This document shows positions 25,796 to 36,708 of a stretch of DNA of 64,000 nt, piece after piece. The stretch covers positions 21,824,001 to 21,888,000 of the forward strand of contig NC_090338.1 in NCBI RefSeq assembly GCF_035084215.1. The letters run 5' to 3'. Both the position numbers and the translations under genes were made by a program. The stretch comes from Heptranchias perlo. Taxonomy: Eukaryota. Numbering within the stretch: position 1 is the first letter of the stretch; every line of letters starts with the position of its first letter. The notes under the pieces are model-generated. The model was not told the origin of the DNA, ran no database searches, and worked only from the letters and a program-made list of their open reading frames with translations.

Positions 25796-25906
25796 AGCGG
25801 TTCAAGAAGGCGGCTCACCACCACCTTCTCGAGGGCAATTAGGGATGGGCAATAAATGCTGGCCTCGCCAGCGACGCCCACATCCCGTGAACGAATAAAA
25901 AAAAAA
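25796..25906 (+). mobile_element. Young 3' tail of the second LINE family, ending in poly(A)
   Basis: gcggttcaagaaggcggctcaccaccaccttctcgagggcaattagggatgggcaataaatgctggcctcgccagcgacgcccacatcccgtgaacgaat(A)n, with CpGs intact. Confidence 0.8.
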
Positions 25907-26116
25907 GCTGACCTGCACCAGAATGGTTGGAGGGGATGGCAACCGTGATTTTAGGAATAAAATGCTCACATCCTACTGACAGATAATTTAACTACGTAAC
26001 TACGTAAAATGTCTTTTACTTCACAGCTGGAAATATCTATTCCTTGCTGGTGGTGTTTACACCCACTTAACAGGAAATTGGCCATTGCTAAATAAAGAAA
26101 TACTTGCTTCACAAAG

Positions 26117-26450
26117 TTCACAGCACAGGAGCAGGCCGTTCGGCCCATTGTGCCTGAGCCGGCTCTTTGAATGAGCAATCCAATTAGTCCCATTCCCCTG
26201 CTCTTTCCTCAGCCCTGCAAATTATTTCCCTTCAAGTATTTATTGAATTCCCTTTTGAAAGTTACTATTGAATCTGCTTCCTCCACCCTTTCAGGCAGTG
26301 CATTCCCGATCAGAACGACTCGCTGCGTAAAAAAATGTTTCCTCGTGTTTTATAAAGGTTTAGCATAACTTCCTTGCTTTTGTACTCAATGCCACGTGCT
26401 TTTTTAACAGCCATTCCATCTTGTCCTGTCACCTTCAAAGATTTGTGTAC
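26117..26450 (-). mobile_element. CR1 3' fragment with internal deletion
   Basis: The 3'UTR and FFTQRVVLIGNALPERV region are joined directly to the EYKSKEVMLNLYKT region. Confidence 0.85.
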
Positions 26451-26658
26451 ATAAAAGTTTGCTGAAAGGTATTTGGTTAATGCACGAGGATAATTTTAAC
26501 TTTATCCGCTCAGCGGAAAGCTACGGGACTGGATCGGCTGTCCGCTTTGCACCCTGCCCAATTTTACTTTCCATTGAAGTCCCAACTGTAGAAGGAAGCT
26601 TCCCAGTCTGTTTTTTTAAATTAATTCATCTGAAGAATTATGTACAACAATTTTTGAA

Positions 26659-26757
26659 TTAAAACCAGAAAATGCTGGAAACACTCAGCAGGTTAGGCAG
26701 CATCTGTGGAGAGGGAAACAGAGTTAACATTTCAGGTCGATGACGTTTTATCAGAAC
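26659..26757 (-). mobile_element. Penelope-like terminal fragment with a degenerate hammerhead motif
   Basis: Reverse complement of the 33626-33725 region; 13-bp duplication aacaatttttgaa at 26646 and 26755. Confidence 0.8.
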
Positions 26758-26799
26758 AATTTTTGAAGTGCTTCTCTTTCCTATCAGGTCACAGATAAC

Positions 26800-27523
26800 G
26801 GGGGCGATCTTGGTGTTCTGCGTTAATCGGGCAGCTTATTGGTGGGGCATACGCAGCAGCCACCCAGAGGAGTCAGTGTTTGGTACTGGGGCCTCATTGT
26901 AACATGATCAGTGAACTGCCAACACGAAATGCGCTCCTCAAAAGGCTGATCTGGAGGTGGGAAATCGGGCGGGACCGCTTGTGAAGGGCCTGCAGCAGCA
27001 GCTTAAAGGGGAGGTGTATTTGGCATTGGGAATATGAAGAAGCAGGATTTTTGAGTGGCAGGCAATTGTGCAGAACCTACAACAGCAAAAAACATATTAG
27101 TGCAAACCCTTTAAGGTGAAAAAACTGCAAGCAACTGCCATAAAAAAAATGTATCCAAAAGCTCCGTTCAGCTTTCCCGGACAGCAGCCGTAGATCTCTT
27201 TAATAATGATTGGAAATGGCCGCCCCCTGAATTGTACAGTCCTTATTTGGTAGGTGGGAGCGGGAACTGGCGGTAGTCGGAGGGCAGGGATGAAAATGGT
27301 GTTGAGGTCTTAACTGTTTCATTTGACCCTGATTTGCATATACATATGAGGATCCTGCCTGTTTCCAATGGGCGTTCTGGCCGCTAGACTACAGGTCCAT
27401 CCAAAGATAGGTAGACGTCAACGCAGTGGTAAGTCGGCAAGACTACCCGCCGCTTGATTTTGGTTCCGCTTCTGCCCCATTTTTAAGTGCAAACAGGGCG
27501 GCAGTGACGTGAAAATTGTCCCC
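26800..27523. mobile_element. Probable Harbinger-type non-autonomous element
   Basis: Imperfect TIRs gggggcgatcttg / gaaaattgtcccc, flanks aac/aat, CpG-rich interior. Confidence 0.5.
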
Positions 27524-27539
27524 AATATATCTGCACTCA

Positions 27540-27840
27540 ATGTATTACAGTGAGAACAGGCATATTTCAGAGTGTCACACTGAAGGGGTGTGATGTATCA
27601 GTGTCTTGCAATAAAGAGTGTGAGGTCTGTCAGAGTACTGCAGACAGGGTGTGTGTTACTGTGAGGATTTTGGGGTATGTCAGAGTGCCATATTCAGGGG
27701 TGTAGGTATGCCAGAGTTTTTTAGTGAAGAGTGTGGGGTGTTTTAGAGAGTATTATAATGAGGAGTGTGGAATATATTTTAGTGGGGAGTCTGGGGTGTA
27801 TCAGAGGGGGTTCTGGCTGTGGTATGCATAGATCAAGAAG
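27540..27840. repeat. Degenerate ~27-bp tandem repeat
   Basis: Units like gtatcagagtg..cagtgaggggtgtggg. Confidence 0.65.
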
Positions 27841-28119
27841 TATGATATTGAGAATATCAGAGCACTAATGAAAAGATACACAGGATGAAATAACTTCTGA
27901 AATGTTCATTTTTGTTTTTTTTTATACAAACTCACTGCTCATGTGACTTTCACTGTTAGCATGCAATTTGATTAGGAATCAAGATAAAAGAGCTCAGGCT
28001 GGAACGGGCTGAGTTCCTTGTCGCTGCTCACTGTACATATCTAATACTCTTGAGTATGATTGCACTGTCTCTGTAAGTAGGGAGTGCGTGATGTGTATCC
28101 TTCTTTTGTTTATGTGCAG

Positions 28120-28389
28120 GAGCCAATTTCACACTGACAGAACTGGGAATCTGTGAGCCCTCCCCTCACCGCAGCACTGCTTATTGTCCAGACATGGGGC
28201 TCCTCCATCGTGGATATTCCCTGAGCGACGCTGACTCTGACACAGAAGGTGCCATTTCTCCAGAGCATGCTATTAGGTTATGGGGGAGGGGCATCAAATC
28301 CAGACGCAGCTCAGGGCTGTCAAGTCGAGAGAATTCAGCCCTCACATTGACCGATTCAGAGAACGAGAAGGAATCTGATGAGGAAACAG
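28120..28389 (+). CDS. TENM2: Teneurin-2 internal coding exon (N-terminal intracellular domain; equivalent to mammalian coding exon 2)
   Basis: Acceptor ttcttttgtttatgtgcag|GA and donor ACAG|gtatgt; 270 nt, phase 1 at both ends, open frame: (G)[89 protein letters not shown](G). [23 protein letters not shown] matches recalled TENM2; TENM1/3/4 have SSCLSSR. Confidence 0.95.
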
Positions 28390-29339
28390 GTATGTGCGTT
28401 TAAAAGACCGTAAAAGTACAGCTTTCAGTCTTGCCGCCCCTTGGAAATGAGAAGCTGCTGTTCATTGTGGTCTCTGCTGTTTTTGCTGCCGTGGTACGGT
28501 AAACAACGTAAGTTTGTAAAGAAATCCATTTTACTCCTTCTTCAAGGGGGACTTATGTCATTGTACCACGGTGTTCATGATACTTCAGAAGGCTTACTTT
28601 TATTTCATGGTTTAGGTCCATAGAAAGATCAGAGAATGGCCATGCAAGATAATGAACTGCCAATTATGAAGTCATGGCACTGGCATCTTACCATGGTCCA
28701 ATATCCAGTTTAGTAGCTAAAGGTTTGAAAAAAAATAATCATTTTGATCAGGATTGTTCCCACTTTCAGGGCACAAAAATATGTACAACTGAAATTTTTT
28801 ATAAGGATACGTAAAACACAATCAGTGTGCAGAGATTACTCTGATGTACCTTCTGGTGAGGCTAAAATTATTTAATGAATAATTTTAAACTCTTGCACCA
28901 TTAAAGCAATGGCATGTAGCAACCAAGCTGACTACAGTATCCTGTGGTAAGATCATGGTGCTACACCGTTATTAGAGGGTCACATGTTGACCCTCTCACC
29001 TTATTATCGAATCTCTTTACATGAGAGCAATAACATGTTTGTACTGTAACTGGGGTACCAGGCTTTACTTTGCCAGGAGGTTTCCTACTTCCACTTGTGA
29101 ATGTGTTACGGCAACATATGGCCAATTTATATGCTAACAACGAAGAGCATTCTATTTACTGGAGGAGAAGCTAATCTTTTAAAGCAGGATTTGATTATGC
29201 TTAGATGCCTCTTTTGACTTCTGGTTGGCCTTTGTGTGTTTGTATTTTTTTGTGTATGTGTGTCTCCAATTTTGATCCCCATACATTGACTCTATGTAAA
29301 AATTGCAGGGGAGGGTGACTAAAGTAAACCTTGCCTAGG

Positions 29340-29905
29340 AGCACTTATAATGATGGGGTCCAAAAGGTGGGGTCATTTACTTTGGCTTAGTGGTGATATG
29401 ATTGAGATTTTTAAATGGATGAAAGAATTGAACTAGATCTGGTTGGATAGATCATTCAGGATGGATAAGGATTGTAAGACTAGAAGACATGTTTGAAAAT
29501 ACATAAGCAAAGAGTTAGGTTAGATGCCATGAAGTATTTCTTTTCAGTCATTGTCCTCTGGAAAAGAAATACCTAAACATGCAATGGGGATGGATACATT
29601 ACAATGCTTTGAATGGGAACTTGACAAGCTCTTGAGTGAAGAGGCTGTTTCTCATTATAAAAGGTAAATTGCTAGTTAGCTTAAAGAGTTATGAGTCATA
29701 ATGTTCTCCTTTGCCTGATTGCCTTAGGGAGTTAGAGAAGAATCTCCTAGAGTTTTTCCTGAATTGGCCGATGATTTTTTTTCCTTTTTTTTGCCTCTCC
29801 CAAGATAGATTTAGGTCATTGGTGTATGTGGTTGCATCATGTCTGGACAGAGTGTGCTTGATGGACCTAAGGTTCTTTTTCCTACCCTTCTTTTCATATG
29901 TTTGA
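29340..29905 (+). mobile_element. Very old CR1 3' end with long 3'UTR
   Basis: LSGDMIEIFKWMK and KTRRH remnants; the 3'UTR resembles 45290-45372 plus 46060-46248. Confidence 0.7.
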
Positions 29906-30589
29906 ATGTGTGTGAGACAACCTGTTATGTAACACTCTCTGACATGGCATAGCAGAGTTGGGGACAATATATTTTTTTCAAAATCTTTTGATATAAATGA
30001 AAATCTTAACAGTAGATTTAAGGTCAACACTGATGAAGCTTCTTTTGTTAGATGAGCTCACTGAGGTCATCTAGCTGCCTGAAGCTTCTTTCAACCCACA
30101 TAGCTGCCTCTGGACCCAAATGTCGGTCACAGACATCAAGGAAACTTAGAACAAACAAGCTACAGAATATATTTTTATTTAAATATTCTTTTGCAAAAGT
30201 ATAATTGAATCAAAAGAATGAAGGTGCAGCTGGACTTTGAGATATAATTGAAGAGAACATGTTTTAACCGAATGATTCAGCCTTGCAGTCTCAACTTTCA
30301 ATCAAAAGTTTGGATTGGTCACCTGTCCTGTTGTCCACTGTTGCATAAATTGATCTTAATCATTCTACTCCTTTTGTTAACAGTAGCGGCACTAATAACA
30401 TGTTGAAGCAGAACCTTTCTGTTACCACTAGATGTCACTAATTCACTTAGCTGCCGTACTGCCATTTGCTGGGATTGCATGTGTTGTTAAAAGTTCACCA
30501 ATGTAGCAATGGATAATTGCGCAATACTGCGGATCTCCAATATATTGTACCTTAAAGTGAGTCACGGCTGTCTTAATGCGAATGGGGTA

Positions 30590-30940
30590 TCTGTCTATGT
30601 CTCTGTCTCTATTCAATTAGGCTCCATTGGTTGTGTGAGGAATTATCTGTCTCAGTGAAGTTAGGGAGTGGAGACAGCTGTTATGCAAATGAGTGGTTAT
30701 CAGTCTCAGTGCAAGTAAAGGATGGGGACTGTGATTGTTTCATTGTGAAGTGGGGCATGATTGCCTCAGTGCGAATGGTGGCCTATCAATGTGGGCATGC
30801 AGCTGATTCTATAAAAGTAGACTGTGTCTGGCTCAGCTTGAATGGAGGCCTGTAATTGTCTGAGTGCAAGTGTGAGCCTGCCACTGTCTCAGTGGGAGTG
30901 AGGGGCTCATTGCCAACAGGGTGATGCCCCTCCTCGTGAA
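30590..30940. repeat. Degenerate tandem repeat (tgtctcagtg core)
   Basis: Recurrent gtctcagtg/gcctcagtg/ggctcag units. Confidence 0.55.
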
Positions 30941-30980
30941 AATGTAAGTCGTCCCTGTCCCTGTCCCTGTAGGAGGGATG

Positions 30981-31120
30981 ATGTGGAGATGCCGGTGATG
31001 GACTGGGGTTGACAATTGTAAACAATTTTACAACACCAAGTTATAGTCCAGCAATTTTATTTTAAATTCACAAGCTTTCGGAGGCTACCTCCTTCCTCAG
31101 GTGAACGATGTGGAAATGAA
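30981..31120 (-). mobile_element. Penelope-like element terminal segment
   Basis: Homologous to the 14953 insertion; contains a hammerhead core on the minus strand. Confidence 0.75.
31067..31105 (-). ncRNA. Minimal type I hammerhead ribozyme motif
   Basis: Minus strand UUCAC-CUGAGGA-A-GGAGG-UAG-CCUCC-GAAA-GCUU-GUGAA: 5-bp stem I, core, 5-bp stem II, palindromic AAGCUU stem III. Confidence 0.75.
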
Positions 31121-31714
31121 GTCCTCGGGGGAAGCTTTCTGTCTCACTAGGAATGTGGGCAATGCTGGTCTTAGCTAACAATACTCTACTCACACTGGTA
31201 AACTTGTTAGCCTTATTCTGACACTCTTTAGTTATAGATTTTACTTCTTGCAGTCTCAGAAGGTCTTGTTAGCCTTGCAAGATGAAAAAGTGGTTTAGGA
31301 AGCAAGTCCCTGGTTGAATTTTGGTGGAAATGTTATCCAGTACTGTGTCAGACAATTGAAACTGGTCTTATAGGTGTCACCTTATGCACAAAAAAATTGC
31401 AAATGACAAAGAAAGCCAGGGTTTTATCATTGGATAAGCTGCTTGTACAGAACTCCCACGCTGTTCCCTTTTCTTTTTTAAATAAAAGTCTTCCTTTGTT
31501 TCTTCTTACTAAGAGAGTTCTTAATATTACAAACATTTGATATACCTGATTAGTCCTAATTCTGTCCAGAAGTTTTGTTGTAATGACATTCTAAAAGAAC
31601 AGATCTTTTACAAATGGTGTGCAGGCCACATCCCTCTCTGTACATGCCCGTATCTCACTACCCAGCTTGCCTCGCTGCTCGACCCTGTCAGCAGCAAACT
31701 GTGCTTCACCACTT

Positions 31715-31975
31715 GGCCCCACAGTAACAGTGTGCACTTCACTGGCCAGCCCTATTAGTACATGCTTCTGTCTCACCACCCAGCCCCAAATAACAGTGTG
31801 GACATTGCTGGCCATCCCTGGCAATACAGGTCTGCATCTTACTACTGCCCCACAGTAACAGTATGCACCTCGTTGGCCAGCCCTGGCAATACAGGCCTGC
31901 ATTTTACCATTGGCCCCACAGTAACAGTGTGCACCTCGCTGGCTAGCCCCATTGGTACATGCCTGATTGCTCTGC
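31715..31975. repeat. ~66-bp tandem repeat, 4 copies, decaying towards ~32220
   Basis: gccccacagtaacagtgtgcacctcgctggccagccc starts near 31716, 31783, 31847 and 31913. Confidence 0.85.
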
Positions 31976-33020
31976 CCCGTTAGTAAAAGCTTGCGCATTT
32001 CTCTCAGCACAGTCCTGTCAATTGAAGCCTGTGTCTCACTGCCTTGTCAGTACAAGCCTGAATCTCAATGCCTGTTGGTACCAATCTGTGCCTGACCATC
32101 CAGCCTTGGCAACATCAATATACATCTCAACACCCAGTCCTGCCTGTACCAGTCTGCAGCTAAACACCCAACCGTGTAGCACAGGCCTGTGGTTCATGAC
32201 TCTGCCAGTATCAATGTCTGTGTAGTAGCAGGAGGTGAGAAGACCACTGCTTCAAGGGTAGTACTTCAGCTGCATGGATATCCAATGAAGTTAGTTTTGT
32301 GTCTTCACCTAGAAACTTTTCTTCAAAAAATAAAAAGCAGCTTTTCAGAACTGTTTTAAGAAAATCAGACAGTAACAGAGTTGATTGTTACTCAGGCCAC
32401 AGTGACGCCATGCAGCCTAAGGCAACAAAAGAACACCACATGGCTCAAAGCAAAGTGACGAGAACATATAGGAAAAGTCAGGAGCAAGAAAAGGCCCTTC
32501 AGCCCACCAAAGTTAATCCCTGTAGAATCTTAACTCCCTCATCAAAGCATTCAATTGTATTTAGAATAAACCCAAAGTTTTTGCCTTTACCTCCCTGTCT
32601 GGTGGATTATTTGAAACATTTATCATCATTCTTTGCCACTGATATTTCAGCAGGACAACATATATTCCATATTTTACAATTTTCACACTATGCATTTATA
32701 TTAAGCACAGCCTCCAGTCACTGAAGGGTGAGACGCTACAATGGTACTGTTGCTCTGTCCTTGTGTGCCTGTATGAAATGCAATGTTAATGGGGTGTTTT
32801 CCTCCTGCTCATCAGCCTCAGTACACATCAAGGTAGCATACAAGAGAAATCAATGCGATTTAATTCATCTGTTGATCCTAAATTACCTGTAATATAAGGT
32901 GGTAACGCAATAGCTTATGTAAAATAAATGTACAAATCTTCTGCACTGTGGTAGATTTCCATGCAGTGCTCCATCACTGCAATGTGGGACACCTGGAAAA
33001 AGCATTTCATCCTTAAGAGA

Positions 33021-33725
33021 ACCGTCCAGGGCCCCAAACACTCCTTCCAGGTGAAACAGCAATTTACTTGTATGTTTTTCAATTTTCAATGTGGTCTCCC
33101 CTCTACACTGGGGAGATCAAACACAGATTGAGCGATTGCTTTACTTAACACCTCCACTCAGTCCACAAGTGTGACCCTGACCCGCCGGCCGCATGCCATT
33201 TTAATTCCCTGTCCCACTCCCACTCTGACCTCTCTGTCCTCGGCCTCTTACACAGTTCCAATGAAGCTCAACGGAAGCTCGAGGAACAACACCTCATCTT
33301 TCAATTAGGCAGTTTACAAACTTCTGAACTCAACATTGATTTCAATAATTTCAGATCATAACCACTGCTCCCATTTCTTTCGGGCAGCAGGTGCTGGTAA
33401 TGGTTCTAATGTTGCCATTTACAGCTCCTCTAGATCCATCTTTTGTTTCTTTACTTGTCCATTACCACCTTCCTTGCCTTGCACCATCATCCCTTTTATC
33501 TTTTAATCACTCCTGCCCTCCACATTATCAGAGATCTTCCCTTTTGTTCTTCCCTCCTCTCCCCTCCCCCCACCTTTTCCTGGCTCTGTACTTGCTTAAA
33601 AACTGTTTAATCTTCAACTCCATCCAGTTCTGACGAAGGGTCATCGACCTGAAATGTTAACTCTGTTTCGTTCTCCATAGATGCTGCCTGATTTGCTGAG
33701 TATTTCCAGCATTTTCTGTTTTTAT
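33021..33725 (+). mobile_element. 5'-truncated Penelope-like element (GIY-YIG endonuclease C-terminus and 3' end)
   Basis: VQGPKHSFQVKQQFTC..QCGL..LYTGEIKHRLSDCF..ACHFNSLSHSHSDLSVLGL..RKLEEQHLIFQLGSLQ..LNIDFNNFR; 17-bp duplication atttcat(c/t)cttaagaga at 33004 and 33724. Confidence 0.9.
33626..33662 (+). ncRNA. Minimal hammerhead ribozyme motif
   Basis: AGUU-CUGACGA-AGGGUC-AUC-GACCU-GAAA-UGUU-AACU; the stem III palindrome is probably AACGUU decayed to AAUGUU. Confidence 0.7.
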
Positions 33726-34370
33726 TTCATTCTTAAGAGATGCTGATTTGACAAAATAATCTTCTTGCAATTAATTGGGTGTCATGCCCTTAAATAGTTG
33801 TACCAAATTGATGGTGCTTGGTGTAAGGTTCAAGCATTGAATAAGTGGCTTTATTTGGACCCAGGAACCTTGAGAGCTGTGTGGTGACAAGCTTGCCCAG
33901 ACTTGAGATAAGCCTCTGATTGTGCAGTGGCTAATGAGAAACTGATGGATTTTATACAATGGTGTATGACTTGTAACCAACAATCATTTTTTCTTTTCCT
34001 TTTCCTTTTTTTTTAAGCAAAGGAGGTTGCAGTAAGTTTGCTTCGAGTCTGCCCTTGTGTTTTACGATCTGTGAAAGGATCTAAGAAGTTTGCACGCTGT
34101 TTTGTAGATCCATCTGTGTTCCTGGCTCCATATCAATGCATGTACAAAGAACTTTACACCAATTCGAACAGGAAAGTACTAAGTGTAGAACCGCTAACCC
34201 GAGAGAAAATCTTTGCACACAACAGTGGTTGTCAAAAAAAATAAATCAATTCCAAAGGGAATGTAGAATTTTCTGTATTGAACAGGGTACATGTGAGATT
34301 TGGGGGCTCGGTCTATGTGCGGACCAGAACTGCATTTTAAAAGCCACTTTCCATCTCTTGCAATTTATAA

Positions 34371-34833
34371 AGGAAAGAAAGACTTGCATTTATATAATGC
34401 CTTTCACGACCTCAGGATGTCCCAAAGTGGTTTACAGCCAGTGGAGTACTTTTGAAGTGTAGTCGTTGTAGTAATGTAGGAAACACAGCAGCTAATTTGC
34501 ACAGCAAGATCCCACAAACAGCATTGTGATAATGACCAGATAATCTGTTTTAGTGATGTTGGTTGATTGATATATATTGGCCAGGACACCGGGAGTTCTC
34601 CCCTGCTCATCTTCAAATAATGTCATGGGATCTCTTACATCCGCCTGAGAGGGAAGACGGGGCCTCTGTTTAAAATCTCATCTGAAAGACAGCACCTGCG
34701 ACAATGCAGCACTCCCTCAGCACTGCACTGACAGGCTAGCCTGGTTTTTGTGCTCAAGTCTCTGGAATGGGGCTTTAACCCACAGCCTTCTGACTCAGAG
34801 GCGAGTGTGCTACAACTGAGCAAAGGCTGACAC
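34371..34833 (-). mobile_element. Full-length DeuSINE-type SINE
   Basis: Minus-strand tRNA-like head (tgctcagttg, ggttaaagccc); body homologous to the 20908 copy; tail ggcattatataaatgcaagtctttctttcc. Confidence 0.88.
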
Positions 34834-34860
34834 CTTAAATAAGGAAAATATCTTTATGCC

Positions 34861-35054
34861 AAAAGCAAAATACTGCAGATGCTGGAAATCTGAAATAAAA
34901 ACAGAAAATGCTGGAAAAATTCAGCAAGTGAGGCAGCACCTGTGGAGAAAGAAACAGAGTTAATGTTTCAGGTTGAAGACGAAAGATCTTTGACTTGAAA
35001 CGTTAATTCTGTTTCTTTCTCCACAGATGCTGCCTCACTTGCTGAGCTTTTCCA
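34861..35054. mobile_element. Fold-back Penelope-like terminal insertion
   Basis: About 62-bp inverted arms 34912-34973 and 34993-35054; aaatatcttta duplicated at 34846 and 35054. Confidence 0.8.
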
Positions 35055-36371
35055 AATATCTTTACATAGAAGGTTGTTACAGCAAGAAATGTTTTGCCAC
35101 AGGAAACCTTGCATTTTTAAAGAAAAACTTGGATAGTTAGAAACAGAGGAAGATATAGGTCCATGGGGAGAGAATGAGCTGTGGGGTTAGTTTTGGACTG
35201 CCCAAGAAAAGAGTTAGTATAGACACAAGGGGCTGAGTGGACTCCATCTGTGTTGTAAACTTACATGGTGCTATGGTATGGAATAGAAAAAGTATATCCT
35301 AAGTTCAATTGGTGCTTAAGAGGACCCTCCCATGTTCCTAGATTAAAAAGGGGAAAAGGCAGCATGTAGACCCACTGCTAATTTCTGTCCAGTGAATCTG
35401 GAAAGTTCACATGTGTGAAAATCAGCTAACGGATTAGGTTTGGTCCCTAGTGTCCCGTATGTTTGAATAGCCTGTTCCCGCTCACAGTCCAGACTCAGAC
35501 ATTTTGAATGGCCACTCAGACATGGGTATCTTGGACTTACATTGAACTGTACTTAGGATTTTAGGATAGCAGTAACTGCTGAAATCTGGCTGGATTTTTC
35601 AATGTGAAGTTTGGACAAATCATTTTCACACTTAAACCACATGGAGATCATTGCTGACTTTAAAAGGACATAGCAGAATGACCAAGAGGACTGAATGGAC
35701 TCTCAAATGATTACTTGAATTTATTATGTAAATGTCTCCCAGGCTACCAAATTTGACTCAGTAGCCCAGCTAAATGTGAACTGCTCCCATTGTAAGGTTA
35801 GAATTCTCACTGCAACATTAAGTTACTGGAGGAAATTAATTTGAAAGAAGGAATGAAGTACAGCCTTGGTATGAATGACAGTAAAAGGAATAGAGGTGAG
35901 CAGGAGGCAGAGATGTAACCAAGGATCAGAGAAGGGTAAGCAGACAGAGATGCAGGGAAAGATTGGAGTCAGTTGTAACCTGAAAATCAGCCAGTTTAGT
36001 TTTCAGCTTTCTGCTACTGAAAACTAGCTCCTTTACCCTGGGGGTTTTTCTAATGGAATTTTCCAGTGTTCCTCCCCACAGACGAAAAGCATGGAGACAA
36101 CAGTACCAAGTTCAAGAAAGAGTGACATGTACATGGATGGATTTATTCACTGTGGCTGGCAAAAATGCATTCAAACTGATTTAAAGGAAATGACTGAAGG
36201 AAACTTGTCTCTCTGGCTTTAACACTTTGGGAAAACACTACTTGGCTGCTTTTGGCATGGGGCCCGGAGAAATGTCTTGGTCCTTCTGGTGCTCTCAGTA
36301 TGGTGGGAAGTCATGACGATTGAAAATAAGGATTCCAAAAAAGCAAAGATGTGTCAAAATATTTCCTACAA

Positions 36372-36708
36372 AGGATAGAGTAGATATAGAGAAGCTATTT
36401 CCTCTGGTGAGGGAATCCAGAACAAGGGGGCACAATCTTAAAATTACATGTAAGCCATTCAGGAGTGAAATCAGGAAGCACTTTTTCACACAAAGGATAG
36501 TGGAGATGTGGAATTCTTTCCCCCAAGAGGCTGTGAATGCTGGGACAATTGAAATTTTCAAGGCTGAGAATGATAGATTTTTATTAGGTAAAGGTATCGA
36601 GGGATATGGATCAAAGGCAGGTAAATGGAGATGAGGTACAGATCAGCCATGATCTAATTATATGGTAGAACAGGCTCGAGGGACTGAATGGCCTACTCCT
36701 GTTCCTAT
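36372..36708 (+). mobile_element. CR1 3' fragment
   Basis: DRVDIEKLFPLVRESRTRGHNLKI..FFTQRIVEMWNSFP plus 3'UTR. Confidence 0.9.

Noticed and set aside
26721-26757. Functional hammerhead ribozyme
   Set aside because: The core reads CUGAUAA instead of CUGANGA and stem II is weakened.
28194-28403. Stand-alone 69-aa ORF
   Set aside because: It starts at an internal Met of the TENM2 exon; similarity extends upstream to the acceptor, and the ORF end lies in the intron.
31591-32010. Repeat-protein ORF or CRISPR-like array
   Set aside because: Eukaryotic minisatellite: whole units are similar, with no unique spacers and no cas genes.
34770-34833. tRNA gene
   Set aside because: The A/B-box-like sequence is the SINE head and no complete cloverleaf is evident.
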